From: Nitrosopumilus sp.
GTDB taxonomy: Archaea > Thermoproteota > Nitrososphaeria > Nitrososphaerales > Nitrosopumilaceae
NCBI GenBank assembly: GCA_965206745.1
Contig: OZ242220.1
Span: 1,280,001-1,344,000, forward strand
DNA length: 64,000 bases
Reading direction: 5' to 3'
Positions 9,462 to 19,437 of this stretch are shown piece after piece (the first letter of the stretch is position 1; each line of letters starts with the position of its first letter). A model generated the notes under the pieces. It made no database searches and was not told the origin of the DNA. It was given only the letters and a program-made list of their open reading frames with translations. The position numbers and the translations under genes are program-made.

Positions 9462-10118
9462 TTTATCAAAAAGTTTGTAAAGTTTGGTTCTCTTTGCCAT
9501 AACTCCAGCCAACATAATTCCAATAACGGTACCGCCGATGACATCTGTTGGGTAATGTTCTAAAACATAGACTCTGCTCAATGAAACCAAAACAGGGTAC
9601 AAAAACATCAGATAGGAGGCACGTGGGAATCTCTCAGATAGAGCATATCCCAAAATGATTGCAAATATCATGGACCGTGCTGCATGCCCTGATGGATATG
9701 AGGCATCATATCCACCCTCACAGAACAAGGCAAAGGTATCGTGACTTAGAGGCACAGGAAATGAGACAGATTCGTATTCAAAATCAGGCCTGTCTCGATC
9801 GATGCCGCATTTGACATAACCGGTAAGCAATGTGGAAATTACGATTAAAATCATCAAAGTAACTCCAATCCTCCTGGTTTTTGGAATTATCAAGATCAAA
9901 ATTGCAAAACCCAACATCGTCAGGGCATCACCACTTTCAGTGATAGATTGCATTATGAGATCAAGGGAGGGATTTCCAATATTTTCAGAAAAAGCCAAGA
10001 TTACACCATGATCAAAATCGTCTGTAAATCCAGAATATACAATGGCTGTAATAATTAGAAATAAAACGGTAAGAAGGACAAACGAACGAGATCGAATATC
10101 AAAAATCCAATTTTGCAA
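9450..10118 (-). CDS. PAP2-family membrane phosphatase
   Basis: K-x6-RP, SYPSGH, SRVYVLEHYPTD. Confidence 0.93.
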   Translation of the reverse strand: MQNWIFDIRSRSFVLLTVLFLIITAIVYSGFTDDFDHGVILAFSENIGNPSLDLIMQSITESGDALTMLGFAILILIIPKTRRIGVTLMILIVISTLLTGYVKCGIDRDRPDFEYESVSFPVPLSHDTFALFCEGGYDASYPSGHAARSMIFAIILGYALSERFPRASYLMFLYPVLVSLSRVYVLEHYPTDVIGGTVIGIMLAGVMAKRTKLYKLFDKSKT

Positions 10119-10257
10119 TTAATAAAACCCCAACTATGTGTCTTTTAATTTTTGTCAATAGATAAGATTTCAAATCAAAATTTCGGTTCAGAAATGAAAC
10201 AGGCAAGATGGTTCTGATCGGCTCAAAGAATTTAACCAAGTGTACAATAGACAAATC

Positions 10258-11466
10258 GTGAAGGTTCTCACACTAGATGATTTTGACCTAAAAGGTAAGA
10301 CCGTTTTCTTGAGAGTGGATATGAACTGTCCAATAGATCCTGAGACTCTAGAGATTTCGGGAACTAAGAGAATTGAAGAAATAACGGAGACTCTAGATTC
10401 GTTAAAAGAAGCCAAAGTGGTTATCGGTTCACATCAAGGCAGAGTTGGGAATAATGAATATACAGGGATGGACAAACATGCCAAAGTTCTTGAAAAGATA
10501 ATCGGCAGGAAAATAAAATATGTGGAGGACACGATTGGAGAAGCTGCACAAAACGCCATCAAGAATTTGGAGGATGGGGAGATTTTGTTGCTGGATAATC
10601 TTCGATTATGTGCTGAAGAAAATTATGAGTTTGTTCCTGAGAATGCAGCCAAGACAATCATGGTTTCTCGTTTATCAAAATTATTCGATCTGTGCGTGTT
10701 AGATTCGTTTCCAAGCGCACACAGATCACATCCGTCAATCATAGGATTCCCGCATGTGTTGCCTGCATGTGCAGGACGAATTGTTGAGAGAGAGGTTAGA
10801 AACCTAGATGAGATAATGACAGTTGCCAAAGCCCCTCACGTAATTGTGCTAGGAGGTTCTAAAATTCCAGACAGATTGGAGGCGATAAAACTGTTGATTC
10901 AGAATGGCCGTGCAGATCATGTGCTGCTGACAGGATTGATTGGAAATGTGTTCATGCGGGCTCAAGCTAGAATCAAATCGCCATTAGGAATAAAAAGAGA
11001 GGACGAGGTTGTTGCAAAAGCTCACACGCTGATAGGAGAATACCCAGACGTATTTGCAACGCCCGTAGACATTGCAATTGACAAAGACGGGGAAAGAGTG
11101 GAGATGGATGTAAGAGAGATAGGCAAGGGGGATAAAATATTTGACTTGGGTCCAAAGACTGTAGAGTACTATTCAAAATTAATTGCCGGGGCAGGTACTG
11201 TATTCATCAGCGGACCTGCAGGATTTTTTGAAAAGGAGAACTTTAGTTACGGAACAAACGCATTACTTAATTCAGTTGCAAACTCGATGGCAACAACGAT
11301 TGTAAGCGGGGGGCACCTCACCACGGCATTAAAACAACAAGGATTGGCAGATAGGATTAATCACACAAGTACGGCAGGGGGGGCATTGGTACTTTATCTT
11401 ACTGGGGAAAAATTGCCGATGATCAAAGCGCTAGAGGATGCCGCAGCAAAATACAAGTCTAAATAG
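10258..11466 (+). CDS. pgk: Phosphoglycerate kinase
   Basis: LRVDMNCP, SHQGR, AHRSHPS, STAGGA; probable GTG start. Confidence 0.96.
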   Translation: MKVLTLDDFDLKGKTVFLRVDMNCPIDPETLEISGTKRIEEITETLDSLKEAKVVIGSHQGRVGNNEYTGMDKHAKVLEKIIGRKIKYVEDTIGEAAQNAIKNLEDGEILLLDNLRLCAEENYEFVPENAAKTIMVSRLSKLFDLCVLDSFPSAHRSHPSIIGFPHVLPACAGRIVEREVRNLDEIMTVAKAPHVIVLGGSKIPDRLEAIKLLIQNGRADHVLLTGLIGNVFMRAQARIKSPLGIKREDEVVAKAHTLIGEYPDVFATPVDIAIDKDGERVEMDVREIGKGDKIFDLGPKTVEYYSKLIAGAGTVFISGPAGFFEKENFSYGTNALLNSVANSMATTIVSGGHLTTALKQQGLADRINHTSTAGGALVLYLTGEKLPMIKALEDAAAKYKSK

Positions 11467-11806
11467 TAGATTTGCAAGAAGGGTTTGGGCATAGCCTCTC
11501 TTCTGAGGAACCAAGAAAAATGTCGTTATCACATGCATTGCAGTGAAATTTTTCAACAAGATCAAACAATTTCATATATACGGTGGTAAAGTTCTGAGCT
11601 ATGTTTCTGGCAAGACCAGAATCACAGATGTCAGTAAAGAAGGATTCGACATCATCAATTATCCAAGAAGGATCCAAATCGCCATTTGATTTTATTATCT
11701 CAAAAACATCATCATTTGTAAAATTGGTATCAACATCATTGAATTTTTCAAAGATTATTTTTCTGATTTGGAGTCCGATTGGAACCACAGGGGTAAAATC
11801 ACTCAT
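11459..11806 (-). CDS. Hypothetical protein, helical N-terminus plus C-terminal zinc ribbon
   Basis: CNAC...CPNPSC; directly follows sufU. Confidence 0.8.
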   Translation of the reverse strand: MSDFTPVVPIGLQIRKIIFEKFNDVDTNFTNDDVFEIIKSNGDLDPSWIIDDVESFFTDICDSGLARNIAQNFTTVYMKLFDLVEKFHCNACDNDIFLGSSEERLCPNPSCKSTI

Positions 11807-11807
11807 G

Positions 11808-12251
11808 CTAGTACAGATGTTCTGCCTCTTCTTTTAGCTTGTCCACATCTTGGGTGTCATCGAGATTCTTCCCAATGTAGGTGTAAAGGGCAGATTTGAG
11901 CACCTTGAGGGACAACAATGCGCATTTGATTCGGACAGCCTGCAGGTGTTCAAGGCCTAATTCACTTAGGATATCATTTTTTTCAATTGCTCTTACTTGA
12001 TCAAGGCTCTTTCCCTTTGTAATCTCAGTCAGGACAGAAGAGCATGCCATGCAAATTGCACATCCTTTTCCATGAAATTTAATATCAGTGACTTTGTCTT
12101 TGTCAATTTTCATATCAATGTCAATACTATCACCACAGAGAGGATTTGAGTCATGAAAAGTCACATCGTGGTTCTCAATTTGGCCATAGTTTATCGGGTT
12201 TCTTGAATAATCGACTATCATTTCATGGTAGATATCTGCATTGCCACTCAT
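11808..12251 (-). CDS. sufU: Fe-S scaffold/sulfur-transfer protein SufU/IscU
   Basis: NPLCGD, GCAIC, RIKCALL. Confidence 0.93.
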   Translation of the reverse strand: MSGNADIYHEMIVDYSRNPINYGQIENHDVTFHDSNPLCGDSIDIDMKIDKDKVTDIKFHGKGCAICMACSSVLTEITKGKSLDQVRAIEKNDILSELGLEHLQAVRIKCALLSLKVLKSALYTYIGKNLDDTQDVDKLKEEAEHLY

Positions 12252-13492
12252 AGCTTGAACACCTTTGCCACGATATTTAATGAATTTACCAGAATATCAA
12301 TGTCTTGTTTAGTGTTGTAAATGTAAAAGCTTGCCCTAGATGTTGCAGCAACATCTAGCCTCTCCATCAATACCTGTGCACAGTGATGGCCTGAGCGAAC
12401 CGCAATCCCCTCCCCATCAATAATCTGAGCAACATCATGAGGATGAACGTCTGAAAAATTAAATGAGATCACGCCGCCACGTTTTGAGATATCTTTTGTG
12501 CCATAGATATGCAATCCTTTAACCTGGGATAGTTTTTCTATAGCATATTTTGTCAGTTCAATTTCGTGCTCACGTACATTGTCCATTCCGATTTTAGCAA
12601 GATAGTCAATTGCAGCTCCAAACCCAATAACATCTGCAATGTTTGGAGTACCTGCCTCAAATTTGTAAGGCAAATCATTCCAGGTTGTCTCATATTTGTG
12701 GACTTCTCTAATCATATCGCCACCGCCATGAAATGGAACCATTGTCTCTAGAACAGATTTTTTAGCCCACAAAACACCGATTCCTGTAGGTCCTAGCATC
12801 TTATGACCAGAGAATGCAAAAAAGTCACAGCCCAATTTTTCAATATCGACACTCATGTGTGGAACTGCCTGAGCACCATCAATCAGAGTTGGAACGCCTG
12901 CAGCCTTGCATTTTTCAATGATTTTCTCAGCATTGGTAATAGTTCCAAGAACATTTGACATCAGACTAAAGGTTACAAGTTTGACTCTGCCGGTTGCAAG
13001 ATACTTGTCAAGATCATCGAGAATTAATTCGCCATCATCATCCATTCCAATGTATTCCAATTTTGCACGCTTTTCTTGAGTAAGGAGTTGCCATGGCACA
13101 ATATTACTATGATGTTCGTATTCGGTAGTAACAATAATGTCTCCCTCTTTGATGTGAGGCCTGCCCCAGGAATAGGCAATCAGGTTAATTGCCTCAGTTG
13201 TTCCTCGAACAAAAATAATCTCTTGGCGATTTTTTATGTTAATGAAATTGGCAATTTTGTCCCGAGTTGCCTCATAGGCCTCGGTGGATTCTTCAGCTAG
13301 TGCATATACTGCCCTATGAATATTTGCGTTGTGATTTTGATAATAATCGGTAATTGCATCAATAACCTGATTTGGTTTTTGCGTCGTGGATGCATTATCA
13401 AGGTAAACAAGGGGCTTGTTGTCCCTGACAGTCCTTTTGAGTATCGGAAAATCGTTTCTCAGATTTTCAAATAGCGATTCTGTGCTTTGCAT
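12248..13492 (-). CDS. sufS: Cysteine desulfurase SufS
   Basis: YLDNASTTQKP, SGHKMLGPTG, RSGHHCA. Confidence 0.97.
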   Translation of the reverse strand: MQSTESLFENLRNDFPILKRTVRDNKPLVYLDNASTTQKPNQVIDAITDYYQNHNANIHRAVYALAEESTEAYEATRDKIANFINIKNRQEIIFVRGTTEAINLIAYSWGRPHIKEGDIIVTTEYEHHSNIVPWQLLTQEKRAKLEYIGMDDDGELILDDLDKYLATGRVKLVTFSLMSNVLGTITNAEKIIEKCKAAGVPTLIDGAQAVPHMSVDIEKLGCDFFAFSGHKMLGPTGIGVLWAKKSVLETMVPFHGGGDMIREVHKYETTWNDLPYKFEAGTPNIADVIGFGAAIDYLAKIGMDNVREHEIELTKYAIEKLSQVKGLHIYGTKDISKRGGVISFNFSDVHPHDVAQIIDGEGIAVRSGHHCAQVLMERLDVAATSRASFYIYNTKQDIDILVNSLNIVAKVFKL

Positions 13493-13495
13493 ATA

Positions 13496-13804
13496 TTAAA
13501 TCTCCACGTAAATTTCATCGGCATCTACTTTGACATTGTATGTTTTCAGAGGAGTCTCGGCAGGAAGGTTTTGTGGCTCCCCATTGACCAAATTGAAGAC
13601 AGAGAGATGCAATGGACATCTAATGCCTTCCTCGCTTAGAAAACCAGTTGAAAGATCAGCATCGGCATGGGTGCAAATCAAGTCAGTTGCGTGAATTTTT
13701 CCCTTGAGGTTTGCAATGAGAAATTTCCTATCTTTGTGTACAAAACCAAAAAGTTGCCCCTCTTTTACCTGCTCCATACTGCAAGCTTTAATCCATTCAG
13801 ACAA
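13496..13804 (-). CDS. Rieske-type ferredoxin
   Basis: CTH...CPLH; probable TTG start (MSEWIKAC). Confidence 0.92.
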   Translation of the reverse strand: MSEWIKACSMEQVKEGQLFGFVHKDRKFLIANLKGKIHATDLICTHADADLSTGFLSEEGIRCPLHLSVFNLVNGEPQNLPAETPLKTYNVKVDADEIYVEI

Positions 13805-13808
13805 AACA

Positions 13809-15209
13809 TCACCGATATTTGTAGTGTTGCTCCATTTCAGAGTCTTCGTTGTAGCGAGTCTCCTCAATTTCAACAAATTTGGCCAGCTCTTTATCGGTGT
13901 TGATTCGAAGTTCTTTATTTTCCCATTTAGATTCAATAAGATATGCAATCCATGCTCTAACTTGAAAAGACATTTTTCTTGAAAGGGGCTCTAAGAACCC
14001 CTCAACGATTGTCCTCTCAGCCTCCTCATGTGTAAGGCACCTAGTCTTAAGATAGAAGATTTGTTCCTCATCAATTTGCGCAACAGATGCAGAATGGGTG
14101 GCCTTGACATCGTTAGTGAAAATCTCCAATCCCGGAATTGCATCGGATTTTGCATCTGGATCTAAAAGAATGGAACGGCCAGACAGAAAGGAATTGGACT
14201 TTGCGGCATTTTCCTTAATTCTGATCATTCCCTTGAAAAGAGATTTTGATTTGTCCCTTAGGATCGATTTTTCAACCACCCTTGCCTCAGTGGATCGATT
14301 CTCATGATTGACATTTGTTTGGATGTCAAAGGATTGCTCATTGTTTCCAAAAATCACTTCAGAGTCATTAGAAGATGCACCAACGCCGTTTAGAAAATAC
14401 TCTATTTTGTACCTAGATAACAGAGATCCGAACAGTCCAGAATACCAGTTTACTTTAGAGTCCTGTGCCAAGTCGGTTCGTCTCGTTGTAAATGTCACAG
14501 CGTGTTGATCCATCATTTGCAGGGTGGTCATGTCCAGTTGCGCATTTGCTGCAAGGTTTGTGTTTAGCAATTCAAGATATGCCTGCTGTGCATTGGTTTT
14601 TGGGGAATAGAGCTCTTGAACAATTGCAGCCTTGCTGTTCTCATCTGCAAATATAACATTTCTAGAAATTACAGAGTGATCATCATCAGACAGACATGTC
14701 AAAAAGTAGAGGGGTTTCTCAAGCACAAGGTTGCGCGGAATGTGAACAAATATTCCAGAATTAAATGCAGCATTGTTTAGTGCGGTAAATTTATCATCCT
14801 GGGATTTAGATGCCTCTAATGCTTTTTTTACCAATTCAGGGTTGTTTTTAATTGCATCAGATATGGAAGAGATTACCAGTCCTTTAGATTTTAAATCATC
14901 GGGGAGGTTTATTTTGTGAATATTAGTGCCGATTTGAACAATGCACATTTCATTTTCAAGTTCACCTAATCTTTTCTGGAGAAAATCAGGAACAGTGGTA
15001 GCCGTAGTCGTTGAGAGAGAGACCTTTTCAGGATCTAGTTTTTTTGCATCAGTGTATTTATTGTAAAGAGGGGACATTTCGATTGGCAGGCCACCATACA
15101 CAGTTAGTGAGTTTTTTCTATAGTCTTTTAGCCAACCAGGTTCGTTCCCAGATGAGCAGAGATCATCGATGTAAGTGTTGCCAAGTTTTGAGAGGATTGC
15201 CTGAGACAT
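13809..15209 (-). CDS. sufD: Fe-S assembly protein SufD
   Basis: PGLEIFTNDVKATHSASV, FYLKTRC. Confidence 0.93.
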   Translation of the reverse strand: MSQAILSKLGNTYIDDLCSSGNEPGWLKDYRKNSLTVYGGLPIEMSPLYNKYTDAKKLDPEKVSLSTTTATTVPDFLQKRLGELENEMCIVQIGTNIHKINLPDDLKSKGLVISSISDAIKNNPELVKKALEASKSQDDKFTALNNAAFNSGIFVHIPRNLVLEKPLYFLTCLSDDDHSVISRNVIFADENSKAAIVQELYSPKTNAQQAYLELLNTNLAANAQLDMTTLQMMDQHAVTFTTRRTDLAQDSKVNWYSGLFGSLLSRYKIEYFLNGVGASSNDSEVIFGNNEQSFDIQTNVNHENRSTEARVVEKSILRDKSKSLFKGMIRIKENAAKSNSFLSGRSILLDPDAKSDAIPGLEIFTNDVKATHSASVAQIDEEQIFYLKTRCLTHEEAERTIVEGFLEPLSRKMSFQVRAWIAYLIESKWENKELRINTDKELAKFVEIEETRYNEDSEMEQHYKYR

Positions 15210-15236
15210 GGTTTATCAAAATTAGGTTTTGAGGGT

Positions 15237-16637
15237 TTATCCCACTGAGTCATCCATCTCAAGCTTGATGAGTCTGTTTAATTCAACGGCGTATTCCATT
15301 GGCAACTCTTTTGTAAATGGCTCCATAAAGCCATTAACAATTAGAGACAGTGCATCCTCCTCGTTGAATCCCCTGCTCATAAGATAGAAGATCTGTTCGT
15401 CGCCGATTTTGCCAACTGTCGCTTCATGAGTGATTGTCGCATCTTCTTGGTTGATCTCCATGTAGGGGTAGGTATCAGTTTTAGACGTGTCATCTAAGAG
15501 TAGTGCATCACACCTTACAGTGGATTTTACGCCGGTTGCGCCTTTTGCCACATGCAGCATTCCCCTGTAAGTGGAACGTCCATCCAGCCTACTTACAGAC
15601 TTTGATGTGACTTTGGAGGTCGTGTTTGGTGCAAGGTGAACCATTTTGGCACCTGTATCTTGATGCTGTCCCTTACCGGCAAAGGCAATAGATAGTGTTT
15701 CGCCATATGCCCTCTCGCCCATAAGATAGACCCCAGGATACTTCATTGTCAGTTTGCTTCCGATGTTTCCATCGATCCATTCCACTGTTGCACCCTCATG
15801 TGCATAAGCACGTTTTGTTACAAGATTGTAAACATCTGCGCTCCAATTCTGAATTGTGGTGTATCTTAGTTTTGCATCTTTGAGTGCAACTAGCTCGACA
15901 ACTGCAGAGTGCAGTGACTCTGAAGAGTAGACAGGTGCAGTGCATCCTTCGATATAGTGCACTTCTGCACCTTCATCCACAATGATCAGCGTTCTTTCAA
16001 ATTGACCAATGTTTTCTGCGTTAATTCTAAAGTATGCTTGTAGTGGCATGTCAATGTGAACGCCAGGTGGTACATAGATGAAAGAGCCGCCACTCCAAAC
16101 TGCACTGTTGAGTGCCGCAAATTTGTTGTCTTCTGGAGGGATGATTTTACCAAAGTATTTCTTGAATAACTCTGGATGTTCATGTAAAGCCGCATCAGTG
16201 TCCAAAAAGAGAACTCCTTGTTTTGCCAAATCCTCCCTTAGGCTATGATAGACGACTTCGGATTCGTATTGCGCACCCACGCCTGCTAGGAACTTTTTTT
16301 CAGCCTCTGGAATTCCAAGTTTGTCAAATGTTTTTTTGACATTGTCAGGAACGTCATCCCAGTTCTTTTCTACTTTGTCAGATGCCTTTGCATAATAGTA
16401 AATGTTTTGGAAATCAATTGTTGTGAGATCCCCGCCCCATGTAGGCATTGGCTTTTGCATGAAAATATCATAAGATCGTAGTCTGAAATCAAGCATCCAC
16501 TGTGGCTCATTTTTCATCTTACTGATGCTAATTACAGTTTCCTTAGACAGGCCTTTCTTGCTAAGGTGGACATACAGTTCTGTAGAGTCCTTAAAGTCAT
16601 ATTTTGAATAATCCATATCTAGATTTTCAGTTGTCAT
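15237..16637 (-). CDS. sufB: Fe-S assembly protein SufB
   Basis: [23 protein letters not shown]. Confidence 0.97.
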   Translation of the reverse strand: MTTENLDMDYSKYDFKDSTELYVHLSKKGLSKETVISISKMKNEPQWMLDFRLRSYDIFMQKPMPTWGGDLTTIDFQNIYYYAKASDKVEKNWDDVPDNVKKTFDKLGIPEAEKKFLAGVGAQYESEVVYHSLREDLAKQGVLFLDTDAALHEHPELFKKYFGKIIPPEDNKFAALNSAVWSGGSFIYVPPGVHIDMPLQAYFRINAENIGQFERTLIIVDEGAEVHYIEGCTAPVYSSESLHSAVVELVALKDAKLRYTTIQNWSADVYNLVTKRAYAHEGATVEWIDGNIGSKLTMKYPGVYLMGERAYGETLSIAFAGKGQHQDTGAKMVHLAPNTTSKVTSKSVSRLDGRSTYRGMLHVAKGATGVKSTVRCDALLLDDTSKTDTYPYMEINQEDATITHEATVGKIGDEQIFYLMSRGFNEEDALSLIVNGFMEPFTKELPMEYAVELNRLIKLEMDDSVG

Positions 16638-16653
16638 ACAGAAAATAACCCCG

Positions 16654-16706
16654 TTATATTATAAATAGATGAGGAAAAATAGGCAGAGCTAAATAGCTTC
16701 AGCTAA
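16654..16706 (-). promoter_or_regulatory. suf promoter: TATA box plus two tandem DtxR/IdeR-like boxes
   Basis: Minus strand TTAGCTGAAGCTAT then TTAGCTCTGCCTAT (TTAG-N6-CTAW), followed by TTTATAATATAA. Confidence 0.55.
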
Positions 16707-16967
16707 ATTTGGGATTAAACAGGTATTGTCCTTCTCATTCTGCCTGATTTATTCTCACCATCATGAATATCCCAAAGAAAAAAAGGCTTATTCACCGAAC
16801 CATCATGGCAATAGATGGTGCATCTTCCAAACATTCAGTATCAGCATCATCATAAAAGTTCCCCCCTCCCAATAGATCCAGAGATATTTCCAGTAAAAAG
16901 AATAAAGCGGTAAAAGGCAAGACTGTCTTGTCGCCAGGAGGAGGGGCAGATTCAGACGGATTTGCGG

Positions 16968-17765
16968 CTAAACAGACAGTATCCTTTTCATAGCATCAAA
17001 AGCGCCGGCTACAGTGTGCACTTCGGCTACAGTATTTCTGACTTTGAATTTTTTCAGTTCGTCTGAAGTAAAAGGACCAATGGATACGACAGACAACTTT
17101 TCCAAGCTGTCAAGTAATGCTTTTGATTCATAGTCTTTGGACATTATCTCAAAGAACCCTCTAACTGAGGATGCACTAGTAAAGACGAGGCCATCGACCT
17201 TGCTGTGGGAAAACAACTCACGGAATCCATTCCACTGAGTGGTGTCCCTAAACGCACATACGTCATACAAATGAATCTCCAGCACGTCAACTCCAATCTT
17301 GCCAAGTAGTTCACTTAGAAAGGGAGTTGATGCGCCACTGCGGGGAATGATTGCCTTTTTGCCAACGGCGTGAATCTTTGTAAATTCTTCCCCCACACCA
17401 ACTGAAGAGTATGTAGTTGGCTGATGATTTACTTTGATTCCTTCAGATTCAAGTGCAATGGTTGTCTTAGGTCCAACAGACACCACCGTTGTATTTGCAA
17501 CTGCCAATTGCAATCCATCCAACTTTCCGACATTCTTTGCAGTCTCAAATAATAGTTTTACGGCTTTGGAACTCATAAATACAGAATAATCAGGACCGTA
17601 CTCTGCAATGGATTCTAAAAACACATCGACAATCTTCTCGCCCTTACTTACAAGTTCGATTGTGGGCAGTGGAAGTGGAACTGCATTGTGCTGTTTGGCA
17701 AGGGAAATGAATTCAGAAGCATCGTCTTTTGAGCGAGTGATAGCGATAGTTTTTCCATCAAGCAT
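16968..17765 (-). CDS. hemD: Uroporphyrinogen-III synthase
   Basis: IAITRS, VGPKT, FTSASSV, SIGPFT. Confidence 0.93.
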   Translation of the reverse strand: MLDGKTIAITRSKDDASEFISLAKQHNAVPLPLPTIELVSKGEKIVDVFLESIAEYGPDYSVFMSSKAVKLLFETAKNVGKLDGLQLAVANTTVVSVGPKTTIALESEGIKVNHQPTTYSSVGVGEEFTKIHAVGKKAIIPRSGASTPFLSELLGKIGVDVLEIHLYDVCAFRDTTQWNGFRELFSHSKVDGLVFTSASSVRGFFEIMSKDYESKALLDSLEKLSVVSIGPFTSDELKKFKVRNTVAEVHTVAGAFDAMKRILSV

Positions 17766-18505
17766 TATTTCCACCCGATGGTCTCTGACAAAGACACGAC
17801 ATTGCCAATAATGATGTTTGTTGGAGGGACGATCTTGTTTTCCTTAACTTTTTTTGCGATATTTGTGACTGTTCCCTTGATCATTTTTTGTTGAGGAGTT
17901 GTTCCATTCTGAATCACAGCCACCGGAGTCTTTTTGTCCATTCCTCCAGAAATGAGCTGCTTGCATATCACGTCAATTCTTGAAAGGCCCATCATAATCA
18001 CAATTGTATCAACTGATTTTGCAAGATTCTTCCATTTTACAATCTCTTTTTTCTTTTGAGGATCCTCATGCCCCGTGACAAAGACTACAGATGAGGCATA
18101 TTTCCTGTGGGTCAGAGGAATGCCAGCGTATGTTGCAGAGCCAATTCCAGAAGTGATGCCAGGAACGATCTCATACTTGATATTGTTCTCTTTTAGAAAC
18201 TCTGCCTCTTCCCCACCGCGTCCAAAAATGATGGGATCCCCACCCTTTAGCCGGACCACGCTTTTCTTAGACTTTGCATACTTTACCATCAGATCATTAG
18301 TGGTGTTTTGGTGAGTTGTGTCATCACCAACTGCACGGCCGACATAGACCTTTTCTGCAGATTTTGGAATCATTGAAATGATTTTTTTGCTTACCAGTCT
18401 ATCATACAAAACGACATCCGCTTTTTTGAGCAGTTCGACTGCCCGCAATGTAATTAGCTTGCTATCCCCAGGCCCAGCACCAACAAGATACACTTTTGCA
18501 GTCAT
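17765..18505 (-). CDS. cobA: Uroporphyrinogen-III C-methyltransferase
   Basis: LVGAGPGD, RLKGGDPIIFGRGGEE. Confidence 0.96.
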   Translation of the reverse strand: MTAKVYLVGAGPGDSKLITLRAVELLKKADVVLYDRLVSKKIISMIPKSAEKVYVGRAVGDDTTHQNTTNDLMVKYAKSKKSVVRLKGGDPIIFGRGGEEAEFLKENNIKYEIVPGITSGIGSATYAGIPLTHRKYASSVVFVTGHEDPQKKKEIVKWKNLAKSVDTIVIMMGLSRIDVICKQLISGGMDKKTPVAVIQNGTTPQQKMIKGTVTNIAKKVKENKIVPPTNIIIGNVVSLSETIGWK

Positions 18506-19437
18506 GACTTATTCCATTCCTCCACCTTTTCTCTCCAATTTAATGCAAGATCATTTACGCCCTTGATACGCAACTCTTCTCCCACAACTTTTCCCAAAGA
18601 TTTGGGATCCTCTTTCTTTCCAGTTTTCTCTACATGGATGAATTGCTTTCCATCCACAGAAAATGCATGCACAGTCAGGGTCATCTCAGAGCCGTCGGAT
18701 TTTGCATATGCCCCCAGGGGGAACCTGCAGCCAGAATCAACATAGTCAGAAAGGGATCGTTCAGCCTCAATCTCTAAACGCGAGTTGCCATCTTCAATTT
18801 TTTTGAGCATTGAGATGGTCTGAGAATCACCTGCTCTTGCAACTATTGCAATTGCACCTTGCCCAGGGGATGGAGAAAAATCATCAGTTGACAAGGGAAC
18901 AAACTTTACATCAATTCCAAGTCGTGATATTCCTGCCTGAGCAAGAATGACTGCATCATATTTGTCTCCGGATACTTTTTTGATTCTCGTCTCAATATTT
19001 CCACGAATCGGTCTTACAATTAGATCAGGCCTAACTCTTGAAACTTGAACTGCACGTCGTAGTGAGCTGGTTCCGATAGTTGAGCCCTCTGGAATATCAC
19101 GCAATGAGGCACCATCTGCTGAAATAAGCACGTCATTGACTGCCTCACGTTTTGGAATAGACGCAAGTGTTAAATTTTCTTCCAATTCGGATGGAACATC
19201 CTTTAAACTATGCACTGCAAAATCCACTTCCCCTTGGGCAACAGCCCTGTCAATCTCCTTTTCAAATATTCCTTTTTGGTCTATTGCAAATAATGGCCTA
19301 GTATCAGTATCGCCTTTTGTCGTAATTGGCTTGATCCCATATTCACAGTCCGGATTTGCTTTTTTTAGTTCAGAGATCACCCAGTTTGTTTGTGACAGAG
19401 ATAACGGGCTCCCCCTGGCTCCAACTATATACTTCAA
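18502..19437 (-). CDS. hemC: Hydroxymethylbilane synthase
   Basis: AVHSLKDVP, GTSSLRR, RGNIETR. Confidence 0.97.
   Translation of the reverse strand: MKYIVGARGSPLSLSQTNWVISELKKANPDCEYGIKPITTKGDTDTRPLFAIDQKGIFEKEIDRAVAQGEVDFAVHSLKDVPSELEENLTLASIPKREAVNDVLISADGASLRDIPEGSTIGTSSLRRAVQVSRVRPDLIVRPIRGNIETRIKKVSGDKYDAVILAQAGISRLGIDVKFVPLSTDDFSPSPGQGAIAIVARAGDSQTISMLKKIEDGNSRLEIEAERSLSDYVDSGCRFPLGAYAKSDGSEMTLTVHAFSVDGKQFIHVEKTGKKEDPKSLGKVVGEELRIKGVNDLALNWREKVEEWNKS

Noticed and set aside
13805-13948. N-terminal extension of the Rieske protein
   Set aside because: Overlaps the sufD 3' end; the TTG at 13804 fits better
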